64,000 bases of DNA from a virus (IMGVR_UViG_3300020577_003313), one strand, 5' to 3'; counted from the stretch's first letter, positions 43,901 through 53,599 are shown. Notes: generated by a model from the letters alone, not told the origin. Translations and numbers: made by a program.

Positions 43901-44264
43901 AAATGGCGTAGTAGTAAACGATTACAGAAGTATCTTCTCTGGTTTATTCTCTACAGGACTGAGAGTGCTTGTAAAAGGTATGACTACAATCAACGGAGAT
44001 ATCCTTGAGACTGTTATTGTAGACGGAGATCAAGGACCGTTTAATCCATCTACTCCATCTAGGATATTCAATACTCTAGGAATTGCCTGTCAGCTAAATA
44101 AGAGAGAGTTCTTACCCTTAGCCCAGGCTGTATTCAATACAGTTAAGAACAATTATGGCGCTGGCGGATATTACTATCTAGATCCTCTTAAGTCTACCGC
44201 AGACATGGGTGCTGAGGAATCAATAATTAGACCTCTGGTTAAGCTCTATAAATCAATACAATGA
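40905..44264 (+). CDS. Large virion/baseplate structural protein
   Basis: No ATG in the first ~420 codons; the likely start is GTG 40905 (GGA upstream), with TTG 40893 as an alternative. Motifs WYPVISNG, DIDVNNGIIYF, ILDTRTLGGGL, FFDIGTYDGKAYPGAG; helical C-terminal third. Confidence 0.6.
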   Translation: MATPTSFSNQTLDFIRLATQDIATCPQAGLAIYPQNSKDTVLSINVSTTAVNIKYIASTILTQSIPYIGKSLEELATEINSLTIPIKAVPTLRNYILSSGDLFLYDSVSYFQVPDGFRILDRTTNDGVLIRTNKFTVSHKKLTNFSLKRPYNTSLSYPWYPVISNGEFTYRYNGNLYRFKIPEFDKQVWSIKYGKPFKDVINGALKLLKNNAYKVERTPIFWSGENIKIYNSDSLVPNSLIEDIDVNNGIIYFKPNNVITEETQIDYTYLEENYEYTGININGHTTQNPSVLDKFVVIYALPAEGVNYLANNKTIYHVISDSVEEAVASIEKDNYNNPVVVVGAYCIQQVYTSDRISILDTRTLGGGLVDPEGPKSPVHKIAKILNKKKETPIENSLVEAGSFFDIGTYDGKAYPGAGSVAMEMPDSVKDLLPESDLKLRATKFLAAGIYPVMSFYKTPLPAVSGLSTQISCFFNGGIIDSKNLATGTFWFRSPVSIPGTATGNWNTSTDNLLVPASKLDGTGVISTNPSHGAYQTYLKSTPVAGIEYYKRTYTVSKNSNHDEKHYSPWERVVLNDTREVATGQLIKGYVSFPESMNNVEYRSVTVNSPYRLDFTGRFKTDVASEIYNIHNAISGRTDSVTTYGTVIYPVLHASVSDDATMPRYDSYAGTPKPLDYVGDIVQTDLSSTYSGFYTRIGDYISVALGFDDNSFSGMFRFFDQNSLTYRELYESASGIDATSILECVNNYGAYRKNLFGTGDYYYTNIKAKMPALVWKHTVSVGDTNYLPATYNYSVDAGIYTVSGKLHRIPEVSGYSSAEVYEENNTDFEYLKSAQGIISSVELVENFTGSYAQSIRPYIQAVWSGVSTAMDRMPDAINGTRTINGNEVVQHWYMPYNRYGRYAGSLVNQLINCYEHLKNAQTTTGGLTWSSTPGLDVKTLASGFRYIEDTLYTAYPGFSETIARGGMLDEYTSDLLYGYGWYSVNKTAHDTIVSTYNPLLNGVVVNDYRSIFSGLFSTGLRVLVKGMTTINGDILETVIVDGDQGPFNPSTPSRIFNTLGIACQLNKREFLPLAQAVFNTVKNNYGAGGYYYLDPLKSTADMGAEESIIRPLVKLYKSIQ

Positions 44265-47053
44265 CAGACCTTCTCAAAGCTATAACTAGTATACTTCCCA
44301 GTTCCCAGAAAGCAGCTATTAATACTTTGATAGCTGTTAGAAAGAAGTCTCCGGAATTGCAATCTTTAAGAGCTCAACAAGCAGAAGTAAATAAGATCTA
44401 TAATGATCTGAAGTCTAAACTAGGAAAAGTTCTGCTAATTCCGAGACTTGCTATTTCAGGAAGTAAGATATCGTCTGACGACCACAATAAAAACATGCAG
44501 GAGATCTTCTTAGATCTCAACACGCTTTACGAAAACATTGATCAGATTTCTAAGCTATCCCTAATACAGAGCGTCTCTCTGGATTCCGAATATCAGAAAT
44601 CAAAAGCGACGATAGAGAGATTACTTACTGACACTAAGCTATTTTCTCTTAGAAAGAAGTATTCTGACTTCAACGAGATTAAGTACATAGACTTTAACAG
44701 CACGAAGAATAACACGAGTATTCTGCCGAAGGCAGAGGTTAATCCAAAGACAAGACTACTACAGGCTAAACAGATCGACACTACAAGAGCTCATCTAATT
44801 AATAGAGAGGCCAAAGTAACTAAGATCTATACAAAGACTAAAGCTGTAGGTATAAAGAGTGGACTAGCGAAATCATTCCCGCCAGAACTAATGAGTGACC
44901 AGAAACCAGAAACGTTCTGGACTACCCTGGTTATGTGCGATTCCGCAGTCTCTCAAATATATGAGAAGCAAACAAGGAACGGCATCTCTTCTCAAGAAGT
45001 AATCAACGGCCCAGTAACGGAAATATTCTTCAAGTTTTCTAATGTAGAAAGGCTGAACCACATACGCCTACTACCATTCTCAGACTACCCTCTGAGGATC
45101 CTAGACATAGCTTATAGACCGTCAATCAATTCTACTGTCTTCTTTACTATTGACGGATTTAAAGAATCCGTCACTCTAGACTGGGAAGAGTTTAATTTCA
45201 ATTCTATATTCGCTCATGAAGTAAGAATTACTATTGCCCAAGAGAATCCTAAACAAGCAGTCTATCAGCTTCCTAGAAGTGTGATAACAAACACAGATGT
45301 GTTCCAGAAAATATATGACGCCAAGCTATCCAAGTTTCTTGGTAACGAGCTAGTAGATTCGGATATTGCTTTAGATCTAATAAGACAGACTACTAACTAC
45401 GAGAACGCGGTTTCTACTCTAGAAAGTCTTTACCAGACTTCTACTTTTGGAGGAGCTAGTAGTTCTCCTCTTGATACATTCTACGACTTCAATACAATTG
45501 TTCTAAACCTATTGCAAACAATTGACCCAGACATAACTAAAGAAACTATTCTCGCGACTAACGCTAAGGAAGCTGGGGTTATAGAAGACGAACTCGTCTC
45601 TGTAAGAAAGTTTGAGTACATATTGGGCATGAGAGAAGTAGAGATGGGATATGCTCTCTATTCTCCAGTCTCTTACTATGAATCTGAAAAGTTCGATGTG
45701 CAGGCTACTGTATCAGAGATACAGCTAGAAGTAGAAGAAGATCACACGCTTGTCAATTCAAAATGGGGGGACCCATATAAAAAGACTTCAGTTGAATGGT
45801 CAGTAGATCTTGGTGGAGGAAGAATAGTACCTATTCATCCTAGAAACTTAACCGGAGATATTGAAAGCGTTCCAACAGTAAAAGACGAGTTGATACAGTT
45901 TAATAGTTTAAGTGGCTCAGCCTATACTAGAATGGGAGGCCGGTATGCTTCGATTAATTCTTTAAAGAAAGAAGGTGAAGTAATACCTGAAACTGAGTAC
46001 AGAGTATCAAGAATACCTGGAGCTGTGCCAAAACTAAAGATTGATCTTACCGGAAGCAATTGGTATGATCCTGTTGCGGTCTATTCAGTAGACTACGCAG
46101 TAGACGTTGATAGCTATAAGATAGATGTACTTACTAAGTACAACAGCGAACAAATAGCGACTCCAGATAAGTTCAATGAAGCAGGGCCGGATAACAATAT
46201 CCTACTCAGCAAGTATCCATTCATTAATTATGAAGTAATTAACTTAACAGGATACTTCTCAAAGACTCCGGACAATGCTTGGGTTTTCGTTCCGCCCCAG
46301 AAGAATATAACATCTGGCCAGTTAACTTTCGTTCCTCAGATTATTGATGATGTAGGAAACATATTACAGACAGGAAGTATCTCGGGGTTCCTATTAACCG
46401 GAGTCTGGGGTACTAGATCTGGAGAAACTTTTGCAACCTTATTAGGTAATCCTAACCTATCTCTTCAATACTTCAATCAGGTAAACGGAGTAAAGTTTGG
46501 ATACTATCTTCAGGTTATGGATTCTAAGAGTCTCTATGAGATCTCCGGATTCAATAATACTTCTGGGTTTAGCATGTATGATGTTCCGGAGTTTACCTTA
46601 TCTCAGATACAGACTTGGGATTCGATTAGCCCCGGAGTTGTATTCTCTGGTGATCTAGGATCAGCGCCATCTGGTTCATTAATTGCAGACTATGCCATAG
46701 GCATAGGTGTTAAAACAGATGATCAAATTTTTGCTCTTAGCGAGAATACTTACTATCCTATCTCAGTAACAGTAGGAGGAAAGCTAGCTAAGAACATAAC
46801 AGACTATGAGAAATTCGAGCACCCAGCTTTCTCTTCCTCATCTACTAACGGCGCAAACTATGAGTACATCCAAGCTGGCAAGTCAGTCTACTTTAATCTC
46901 CCTGCAGGAACTAAAGAAGTAAAGGTAGACTATAGATGGATATCTGACTACGTTAAAGTAATTGGAACTCTAAGGTCGCATCAAAAAATTAACCCAGACT
47001 TGTCTGCTAAGGTTAATAGCATACTGCTGCTCATTAACAACATGGTAATATGA
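44261..47053 (+). CDS. Baseplate/virion protein, coiled-coil plus discoidin-like paralog 1
   Basis: ISSDDHNKNMQEIFLDL helix motif, SDQKPETFW discoidin-like motif, EYILGMREV; all shared with three downstream genes. Confidence 0.6.
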   Translation: MTDLLKAITSILPSSQKAAINTLIAVRKKSPELQSLRAQQAEVNKIYNDLKSKLGKVLLIPRLAISGSKISSDDHNKNMQEIFLDLNTLYENIDQISKLSLIQSVSLDSEYQKSKATIERLLTDTKLFSLRKKYSDFNEIKYIDFNSTKNNTSILPKAEVNPKTRLLQAKQIDTTRAHLINREAKVTKIYTKTKAVGIKSGLAKSFPPELMSDQKPETFWTTLVMCDSAVSQIYEKQTRNGISSQEVINGPVTEIFFKFSNVERLNHIRLLPFSDYPLRILDIAYRPSINSTVFFTIDGFKESVTLDWEEFNFNSIFAHEVRITIAQENPKQAVYQLPRSVITNTDVFQKIYDAKLSKFLGNELVDSDIALDLIRQTTNYENAVSTLESLYQTSTFGGASSSPLDTFYDFNTIVLNLLQTIDPDITKETILATNAKEAGVIEDELVSVRKFEYILGMREVEMGYALYSPVSYYESEKFDVQATVSEIQLEVEEDHTLVNSKWGDPYKKTSVEWSVDLGGGRIVPIHPRNLTGDIESVPTVKDELIQFNSLSGSAYTRMGGRYASINSLKKEGEVIPETEYRVSRIPGAVPKLKIDLTGSNWYDPVAVYSVDYAVDVDSYKIDVLTKYNSEQIATPDKFNEAGPDNNILLSKYPFINYEVINLTGYFSKTPDNAWVFVPPQKNITSGQLTFVPQIIDDVGNILQTGSISGFLLTGVWGTRSGETFATLLGNPNLSLQYFNQVNGVKFGYYLQVMDSKSLYEISGFNNTSGFSMYDVPEFTLSQIQTWDSISPGVVFSGDLGSAPSGSLIADYAIGIGVKTDDQIFALSENTYYPISVTVGGKLAKNITDYEKFEHPAFSSSSTNGANYEYIQAGKSVYFNLPAGTKEVKVDYRWISDYVKVIGTLRSHQKINPDLSAKVNSILLLINNMVI

Positions 47054-48534
47054 CAGACCTAGTAAAGACTCCTATTGACAGCAAGCTGATCGTAGAGCGC
47101 CTCCAGGGCGCTCTTACCCAACTACACTCTAACCTAACTCCTGATGTAGCTAGCAGCATTCCTCTGACCATTAACGAGGTCTATAACACTCTCTCGGATT
47201 ACTTTACAAACATCTCTGAGATTGAGTTTAATCCGGATCATCTTCTAACAAACGACTCCCCGAGCTCGGAGGTTTACAATAACAACCTACTGGCTATCCA
47301 TAGAGATATAACTAGGTTCTACAAAGAACTAGAAAATCTAACTAACCTTCAGGTTAAGTCTTATAACTATGCTTATGTAGTTAACCAGGATATAATCAAT
47401 AAGGCGGCCGAGCTCGCTAGCATGGTTCTAGATCTCAATATATTGAACAACTTCAATAGAGGAGATACCATTGTTGCAGGCGATGATTTCATTAACCAGG
47501 ATAACATAGACCTAGATGTTGCTACAGGAGCAGAGCAAGCAGAACTCCTTCCTGGCGGAGGAGGTATAGCCTTAGCTAGAAATACTTCTGTAGATCTTGT
47601 TGATACCAACACTAAGGTAGATATCATTCCTATATCTCCTGCTGAATCATCCTCAAGTAATCCAACAGTAAATACCGCGCCTACTCCTGGTAACTTTCAG
47701 AGATTCTACGAAGGAAATTATTACAACTTCTTAGGTATGGCTCGCCCAGAGGGCGACCAGTTCAATATCAAATTCCTACTAGAATCAAATTCTAGTGACC
47801 CAGTAGCGGCGTCCTCGGCTACTAATGGTGTACTAGTAGACTTAGGAGCGTCTGAAGAAGAGAAGGCTGCGACAAGACTCAGAATGTTTGATAAGAATCC
47901 TAGCACATTCTGGGAATGTGAATACCTTTACAAGGTGGATACTCCACTACTTTCAGTAGGCATAGAGTCTTCAGACATAGTCAAAGAAGCAGACGAGGCA
48001 GTTCTAGAGCCTGATAATTCAAGCTCGCCAGCTACTGGAACAGTAGTCATAGATCTAAAGAGAGCTGAGCTGGCCGCTCAGCAATTTGATCTTCCTGGTC
48101 GCGATCTAATCATAGACCTAGTAATAACATTCAAAGAAGTCAAGACTGTAAACTTCGTTACTATTAATCCTCTCTTATTTGGTGCGGACGCATACCCAGA
48201 GATAGTAGACATTTCTACCACATCTGTAGATGATGGAACATTTGTTACTGTTGATGGCTGGGAGAGTTTGAAATTTGCAAAGTTCTTGACTCCAGAAGCT
48301 AACGAGTTCTTAACCGATTCGCAGACAAACGCAATATTAGCTCCGAATAGATCTTCTTTCTCTGGACAAGGTATATTCCCATTCCCTGCTAGAGATGCTA
48401 AGAAGATAAAGATCAGAATAAAGGCCGCGACTCCTGTCGCTTGCCCGTACGAAAAAATATACGCTCTTATGACTAACAACACTAAGACGACTATTACTAC
48501 TACAGTCACTAAGAAGAAAGGACTTCTAAGATAA
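47050..48534 (+). CDS. Coiled-coil plus discoidin-like paralog 2, N-terminal part
   Basis: PSSEVYNNNLLAIHRDI and MFDKNPSTFW motifs; ends before the conserved Y.xG.kE segment found in its paralogs. Confidence 0.6.
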   Translation: MTDLVKTPIDSKLIVERLQGALTQLHSNLTPDVASSIPLTINEVYNTLSDYFTNISEIEFNPDHLLTNDSPSSEVYNNNLLAIHRDITRFYKELENLTNLQVKSYNYAYVVNQDIINKAAELASMVLDLNILNNFNRGDTIVAGDDFINQDNIDLDVATGAEQAELLPGGGGIALARNTSVDLVDTNTKVDIIPISPAESSSSNPTVNTAPTPGNFQRFYEGNYYNFLGMARPEGDQFNIKFLLESNSSDPVAASSATNGVLVDLGASEEEKAATRLRMFDKNPSTFWECEYLYKVDTPLLSVGIESSDIVKEADEAVLEPDNSSSPATGTVVIDLKRAELAAQQFDLPGRDLIIDLVITFKEVKTVNFVTINPLLFGADAYPEIVDISTTSVDDGTFVTVDGWESLKFAKFLTPEANEFLTDSQTNAILAPNRSSFSGQGIFPFPARDAKKIKIRIKAATPVACPYEKIYALMTNNTKTTITTTVTKKKGLLR

Positions 48535-48535
48535 C

Positions 48536-49375
48536 ATGGGACTTTTCTCAAAGAAGAAAAAGACTTCTGTATCTACTGAAGTAGTAGATACTGTACTGAC
48601 AAAAATAGTAAAGCTGTCTTATATTCAGAGTGTCGCTATCAATGGCGAGAGTGCCAAGGTAACAGACTTTGTTCAAGAAACTGGCGCTAGTAAAACTGAT
48701 CCGGTAACCTTGGACAACACAAAATCCGAAAGCACTGCCTATAAAATAGGCAATAGTAAGAATACTTTAGTCGGCGGAATAATTCTACGACTACCAGTTG
48801 TGGGACTTGCTGCCGGAGTTGTCAGTGGTCTTCTAGGAAAGAAGACGTCTACTAACGTCACTGCTGCGACTGAACAGAGCGGCTGGTCTCTTGTTAAGAC
48901 CTGGACTCAACCTCAGTTCGATATAATCCGTTATGCGATCGGCATAAAGGAACTTTCTATATCGCAGTTTTCTTATCAGCCTGTAAGTGAGATAATCTCT
49001 AAGCCTTGGTCTTCCCCTAAAGAGATCAACAAAGTTTCTCTGCTGGTAGATCAGTATATTCCTTCTCAATTTCCTCCTGGTGTCTACATCGAGTACTATG
49101 TAAAATCTGACACCAAGGATAGCAACTGGATAAGAATAAATCCAGTTGGCTTGCCAACGCAGTATGATGCTGCGGGAACTATAGTTCCGCGCATTATCAA
49201 CTTTAATACCGAACGTCCTGTTTCTTCGAATATCGAAGACGCCTACGTAAGTATCTCTGAGCCGGTGAAATCAATTAGATTCAGGGCTCTGCTAAAAAGA
49301 CCGGAAGGTCAGGATACTTACACACCTGTATTAAGATCTTACAGGTTAAAAATTTCGTTAAGGAACGGACTATGA
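48536..49375 (+). CDS. Coiled-coil plus discoidin-like paralog 2, C-terminal part
   Basis: RYAIGIKEL..SEIISKPW..IEYYV..WIRINP..IRFRALL..TPVLRSYRL matches the C-terminal halves of the 44261 and 49820 proteins. Confidence 0.6.
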   Translation: MGLFSKKKKTSVSTEVVDTVLTKIVKLSYIQSVAINGESAKVTDFVQETGASKTDPVTLDNTKSESTAYKIGNSKNTLVGGIILRLPVVGLAAGVVSGLLGKKTSTNVTAATEQSGWSLVKTWTQPQFDIIRYAIGIKELSISQFSYQPVSEIISKPWSSPKEINKVSLLVDQYIPSQFPPGVYIEYYVKSDTKDSNWIRINPVGLPTQYDAAGTIVPRIINFNTERPVSSNIEDAYVSISEPVKSIRFRALLKRPEGQDTYTPVLRSYRLKISLRNGL

Positions 49376-49845
49376 TTAAGCTAAACATCAACAAGAAAAC
49401 TACTACTAAGAAGCCAGACAGAAAGTACTCTCACATCACTAAAGAAGAGATGGCGAAAAAGATTGAGATGCTAGAGCTAGAGCTCTCTCTAACAAAGAAT
49501 TTCAATGCCAGCTTAACTAGCATGATTAACAACTGGACCATTCCCTGGCAACCCTACACTACACCTTTGGTAGGAGGTCCTGATTATGGCGGCAGTATAT
49601 CAACGGCAGGAACTGCTTGTCCTACAGTTTGGTCTGCCTACAATGGCACACTAACTTCTAACAGTACTTTGCCAGTTTCTGATAGTCAGCCTCAGGCTAG
49701 TATAGACACAAAGCCTTGCTGCGCTGTTCAAGATGCAGTAAGCAACAATACTGTACCAGCAACCGCTGAAGAAATTCCGCGTGAAAATCAGTGCGTAAGC
49801 ACCTACGAAACGAGTCAGCATGGGAATTTACCAACGCCAGTTTAA
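49372..49845 (+). CDS. Hypothetical protein
   Basis: 157 aa, Lys-rich N-terminus, short coiled coil and low-complexity Thr/Pro tail; ATGA-coupled. Confidence 0.5.
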   Translation: MIKLNINKKTTTKKPDRKYSHITKEEMAKKIEMLELELSLTKNFNASLTSMINNWTIPWQPYTTPLVGGPDYGGSISTAGTACPTVWSAYNGTLTSNSTLPVSDSQPQASIDTKPCCAVQDAVSNNTVPATAEEIPRENQCVSTYETSQHGNLPTPV

Positions 49846-52774
49846 AGAAATACTCGCTCAAGAACTCCTGAGATACTTGTTGGAGGGCCGTCTACCTAGC
49901 GTAGACGAGCTCTCTTCTCGTATTTCAGGGGCTCTTTCTAAGGATGGTAAAGTTACTTATCAGTACCGTCCTCAACCATACAAGTCACTATTCCAGATAG
50001 ACTTGTATAACAAGTCTCTAGATCATATAAAGTTTGACCTGGATCTTCTTCAGGAAGAAACTTTAGATCTGTTGTCTGATTCTGTAAAAAGAATTACATA
50101 CGCAGACTTGTATCATAAAATTAACAGCTACAATTTAGCTGACCTTAAAGCAAAACTGAAGTCCGCGCTATTCACTATAGCAAACGCAGACTACTATTTT
50201 GTAGGGGCTTTTGATAACTTCTTAGATTCTACAAAGACTGATCTGACCCAGTCTTCTCCTAATGTCCTTAACCTTTCTGAAAGATGTCTTAACATCCCGA
50301 TGGGAGAAGCTAAAACTTCTAAACTAAAGATCACGCACCTATCTTCTTATGTAAGCTGGCCTGTTCAGATCAACGCCCCTGCTGGGGCTTCTCAGACCCA
50401 AGTAGCTGGGACAGCGTTTGCTAATATATTCAAGACCACTACAGATGTATGGGCTGTAGAAGTAACTTCACAAGTCTCTGGTCCCGCTGAGATAATAATA
50501 AAATTTCCTCTAGCCGGGCCTGCTGAATCAGAGAAAGAAGTATTCATAAACAGAATAGAGCTTCAGGGACATTCTCCTGCTACACAGAGAGTAACTCTAA
50601 AGTTCTCTACTGATGATGTCAACTATACATCTCCCCTTGGATATGAGAACGGAATTCTCATGTCTAACCTAGAAAATGTTTACGCCCTAGATTTTGAAAC
50701 TAACCTTGTACAGTATGTGCTTATGACTTTCAGAAAAGAAAGTCCAGACTCTGAATCAGTGAACGGAGATCAAAAGTCATACAAGTATATCTTTGGCCTA
50801 AAGAACTTCTCTGCTTACACAATAGGTAGAGGTACGAATGCTGTCTACTACAGCAAGCCATTTTCTCTATCTAGTAACGATGGAATAATTTCAAAGGTAT
50901 CTATACAGAGTACTTTTGAAAAACCCGTAGGGACAAATATTTCCTATTACATAGGAAGAAAAGTAGGTGATAGCATTTCCTACATTCCGGTTAATCCAGT
51001 AGGGACGCAGCTTACTTCTGGCGTGTCTGATGTGGTTGTGCTTTCTAATAACGTGCAGAACTACAATAAGTTCCAAGTTGATACAACAGGAACTGGCGCG
51101 GCTACTCAGTACGGATCTCCTTTCCAAGGAAAGGTATTCTACAGAATAGGTCCTGCTATCTCTCCGGATCCAATCTTCGGTTCCGTAAGATTGTACAGAG
51201 GATATAAACTTTGGTACAGAGACAAATCTAGTGCCTTTAAAGTTTTAGAGAACAATGACACTTATATCAATTTTGGTTCAAGTGATTCAGAATATGTTTA
51301 TACAACAAAGTCTGAAGTACCCACTTATGAAAACAAAGTCGATCCTGTTAGCGGTAGCAAAACAGTTGTACTCACTCTTTCTAGATCACCTTATTACAGT
51401 AGCTCTAAAGGACACGCGCTTCGTCCACCAGCCGGTGTAGATACTTCAATAGACTCTGTACCTAACTATGCAATCTATAAAGTTCTACAGACTAGTACTA
51501 CGACAACTTTAACAAGATCCATTATTCTTGGCGCGGATAATACTCAGGATCTTCCTGCGAATAACTTTGTCATTCAATCTACTGATCCTTCTCAGTTACC
51601 AGAGTTATCTAGCTCTAATAGAGCTACCATATACAGACCTAACATCGACTATATAATTGAAACGGAAGATGTTGACGGTAAGCTAAGACCGACTGGTAGA
51701 TTCATAATACCTACAGGCAGCAGCCTTCCTTTAGGAACGAATCTTCTTTTAGATTTTACCTACACGATTGATCCTGACATTACTCATAAAGTTACCAGAA
51801 TAGAAGGTAACTTTGTTACCTTATCTAATACTCAGATAAACTCTGGGGACTCAGTTGTAGTTACATACAGATATGTTCCTAGTTCTCCGACTGTAATAAT
51901 AGGACCTTCTGTCAGATTATTTAGTGCTCCTTCTTCTAATAGAGCGCGACGAGTTTATATAGAGGGCACTGATTATTCTTTCAATCCCACAACAGGTCTA
52001 GTTCAAAAACTAGGATCTGGAGCGATAGGAACTTCGGCATACTTAGACTTTAAGTACAAGGATTCCACGGATGGAATCCAGACCTTTACTATCTGGGCAA
52101 AGGTTGCCAACCCTAGCGGCATCCAGATAAAGTTTGAGCTAAACAATCTAACTAAGAAGAATAAACTTTCTGTAGATACAGAATCTGGGGAAACTTTCTA
52201 TGTCAATGGACCACAAGGTCTCATAGATATAAGCAAGACAACTGTAACTAATCTACTAGGACCTGGCTGGATTCAATTTATTGTCAGATCAAAAGATCCA
52301 GATTCTAACATCACACTAGGATCTAATCTAATAGATCAAGTTATACAGCTGAGAGATTCTTCTGGAAAGAAGATATTCAAAGAAGGCAATGCTTATTTCT
52401 CAGAGCTAGTAGCTTTTAGAGAACCAATGTCACAAAGAACATTGAATCATCTTAGAGTTAATACTCTGATGAGCGATCATCAAAGTTTTGCAATTGATGA
52501 TTTTACAGATGTGAATAACAGTTATGTTGTCGTTAACTTTAATCCAACTACAACTGACGAACTCTATAACAGAATCGCTACAGACGATAACGACTTGACT
52601 AGTAGACCAGCTTTAGCTGGTGAAATATTCTATATGACTTGGGAGTCTAAGAATCAAAATATTGATTCAGCTGACTCTAATATTGTTGTTCGTATAGATT
52701 TAGAGCGCGAAACGTCTACGGACGGCGCACTCTCACCAAAGGTTTTTGACTATCAAATTAGGGCATCAACATGA
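49820..52774 (+). CDS. Baseplate/virion protein, coiled-coil plus discoidin-like paralog 3
   Basis: DLYNKSLDHIKFDL, NIFKTTTDVW, KYIFGLKNF, YYSKPF and SPKVFDYQI motifs; internal Y.EG.DY..N...G beta repeats. Confidence 0.6.
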   Translation: MGIYQRQFKEILAQELLRYLLEGRLPSVDELSSRISGALSKDGKVTYQYRPQPYKSLFQIDLYNKSLDHIKFDLDLLQEETLDLLSDSVKRITYADLYHKINSYNLADLKAKLKSALFTIANADYYFVGAFDNFLDSTKTDLTQSSPNVLNLSERCLNIPMGEAKTSKLKITHLSSYVSWPVQINAPAGASQTQVAGTAFANIFKTTTDVWAVEVTSQVSGPAEIIIKFPLAGPAESEKEVFINRIELQGHSPATQRVTLKFSTDDVNYTSPLGYENGILMSNLENVYALDFETNLVQYVLMTFRKESPDSESVNGDQKSYKYIFGLKNFSAYTIGRGTNAVYYSKPFSLSSNDGIISKVSIQSTFEKPVGTNISYYIGRKVGDSISYIPVNPVGTQLTSGVSDVVVLSNNVQNYNKFQVDTTGTGAATQYGSPFQGKVFYRIGPAISPDPIFGSVRLYRGYKLWYRDKSSAFKVLENNDTYINFGSSDSEYVYTTKSEVPTYENKVDPVSGSKTVVLTLSRSPYYSSSKGHALRPPAGVDTSIDSVPNYAIYKVLQTSTTTTLTRSIILGADNTQDLPANNFVIQSTDPSQLPELSSSNRATIYRPNIDYIIETEDVDGKLRPTGRFIIPTGSSLPLGTNLLLDFTYTIDPDITHKVTRIEGNFVTLSNTQINSGDSVVVTYRYVPSSPTVIIGPSVRLFSAPSSNRARRVYIEGTDYSFNPTTGLVQKLGSGAIGTSAYLDFKYKDSTDGIQTFTIWAKVANPSGIQIKFELNNLTKKNKLSVDTESGETFYVNGPQGLIDISKTTVTNLLGPGWIQFIVRSKDPDSNITLGSNLIDQVIQLRDSSGKKIFKEGNAYFSELVAFREPMSQRTLNHLRVNTLMSDHQSFAIDDFTDVNNSYVVVNFNPTTTDELYNRIATDDNDLTSRPALAGEIFYMTWESKNQNIDSADSNIVVRIDLERETSTDGALSPKVFDYQIRAST

Positions 52775-53058
52775 ACGCTGAATTACTTCTAAGTAAAAAG
52801 TTTAGGACAGCTTGCCTAGCTGCCTTAACTAGCCTTTTAACTTTCTTAGTCTCTGAATTTGGACTTAAGATAGATATAGAAAAGACTATTGCTTTAGTCT
52901 CTACCATATCTGTACCGTTCTATCTCTACATTGCAGCAGAAGCATACTCTGAGAAAGACGCTAAGAAAGTTGTAGAGGAAGCCAATGCTCGCAAAGAATT
53001 GAGCAACGCTTTATTGGATAAGCTAAAACAAGATACAAATAAGGATGAACTCCCATGA
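52771..53058 (+). CDS. Putative holin (two transmembrane helices)
   Basis: 95 aa; LLSKKF followed by two hydrophobic helices (ACLAALTSLLTFLV; IALVSTISVPFYLYIAA) and a charged C-terminal tail. Confidence 0.6.
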   Translation: MNAELLLSKKFRTACLAALTSLLTFLVSEFGLKIDIEKTIALVSTISVPFYLYIAAEAYSEKDAKKVVEEANARKELSNALLDKLKQDTNKDELP

Positions 53059-53303
53059 TGAATAAGAAACTATTCGCCGCACTAGCGGTGTTACTGTTAC
53101 TAACAAGCTGCGTAACTGATCCCAGATTCTACTCTTACGTCACTGCTGACAGAGCAGAGTTTGATGTAACTAAGGAACATTACGCCAAGCTCATGAAGGA
53201 CGCCAACGTCCCAGAACAAGATGTAGCTACTCATATGGGCAGACTACAGGCTAGAGAGCAACACATTATTGAGGCCGAGAAGTATCTCGGTATCGTTAAA
53301 TGA
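53055..53303 (+). CDS. Small lipoprotein (possible o-spanin-like)
   Basis: Signal peptide MMNKKLFAALAVLLLL with lipobox LTS-C; helical mature part; follows the holin-like gene. Confidence 0.65.
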   Translation: MMNKKLFAALAVLLLLTSCVTDPRFYSYVTADRAEFDVTKEHYAKLMKDANVPEQDVATHMGRLQAREQHIIEAEKYLGIVK

Positions 53304-53599
53304 TTGATATCAAAGATGTAGTTAAGTCAGAAGTATCTGACTTTTTAAAGACCATGGACGGACAGATCCATGATCCGGCTGAACGAGCAGCATTAGCCAG
53401 AATGGCTAATGATCTAGCCCTGCTACCTATTAGAATGGCAGCAGGCGAAGACGTGACTATACTTGCTAAGTCTATCAAAGCTGAGACTCTCCTAAGAGGA
53501 GATGCTTTCAGCCTTAAGACGCAAGCGGCTGCTCAGAAAGTTTGGATGAATGTCTTGACTAAAGTTTTAGGCGCTATTATTGCAGGAGCCTTAGCCTAA
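53300..53599 (+). CDS. Small helical protein with C-terminal hydrophobic anchor (possible spanin partner)
   Basis: 99 aa, helical, ending VLTKVLGAIIAGALA; coupled to the lipoprotein gene. Confidence 0.5.
   Translation: MIDIKDVVKSEVSDFLKTMDGQIHDPAERAALARMANDLALLPIRMAAGEDVTILAKSIKAETLLRGDAFSLKTQAAAQKVWMNVLTKVLGAIIAGALA

Noticed and set aside
48078-48551. 157-aa antisense ORF, and the many other 60-145 aa ORFs nested in long genes
   Set aside because: Fully overlap well-supported genes, have no motifs and show no sign of independent expression signals.
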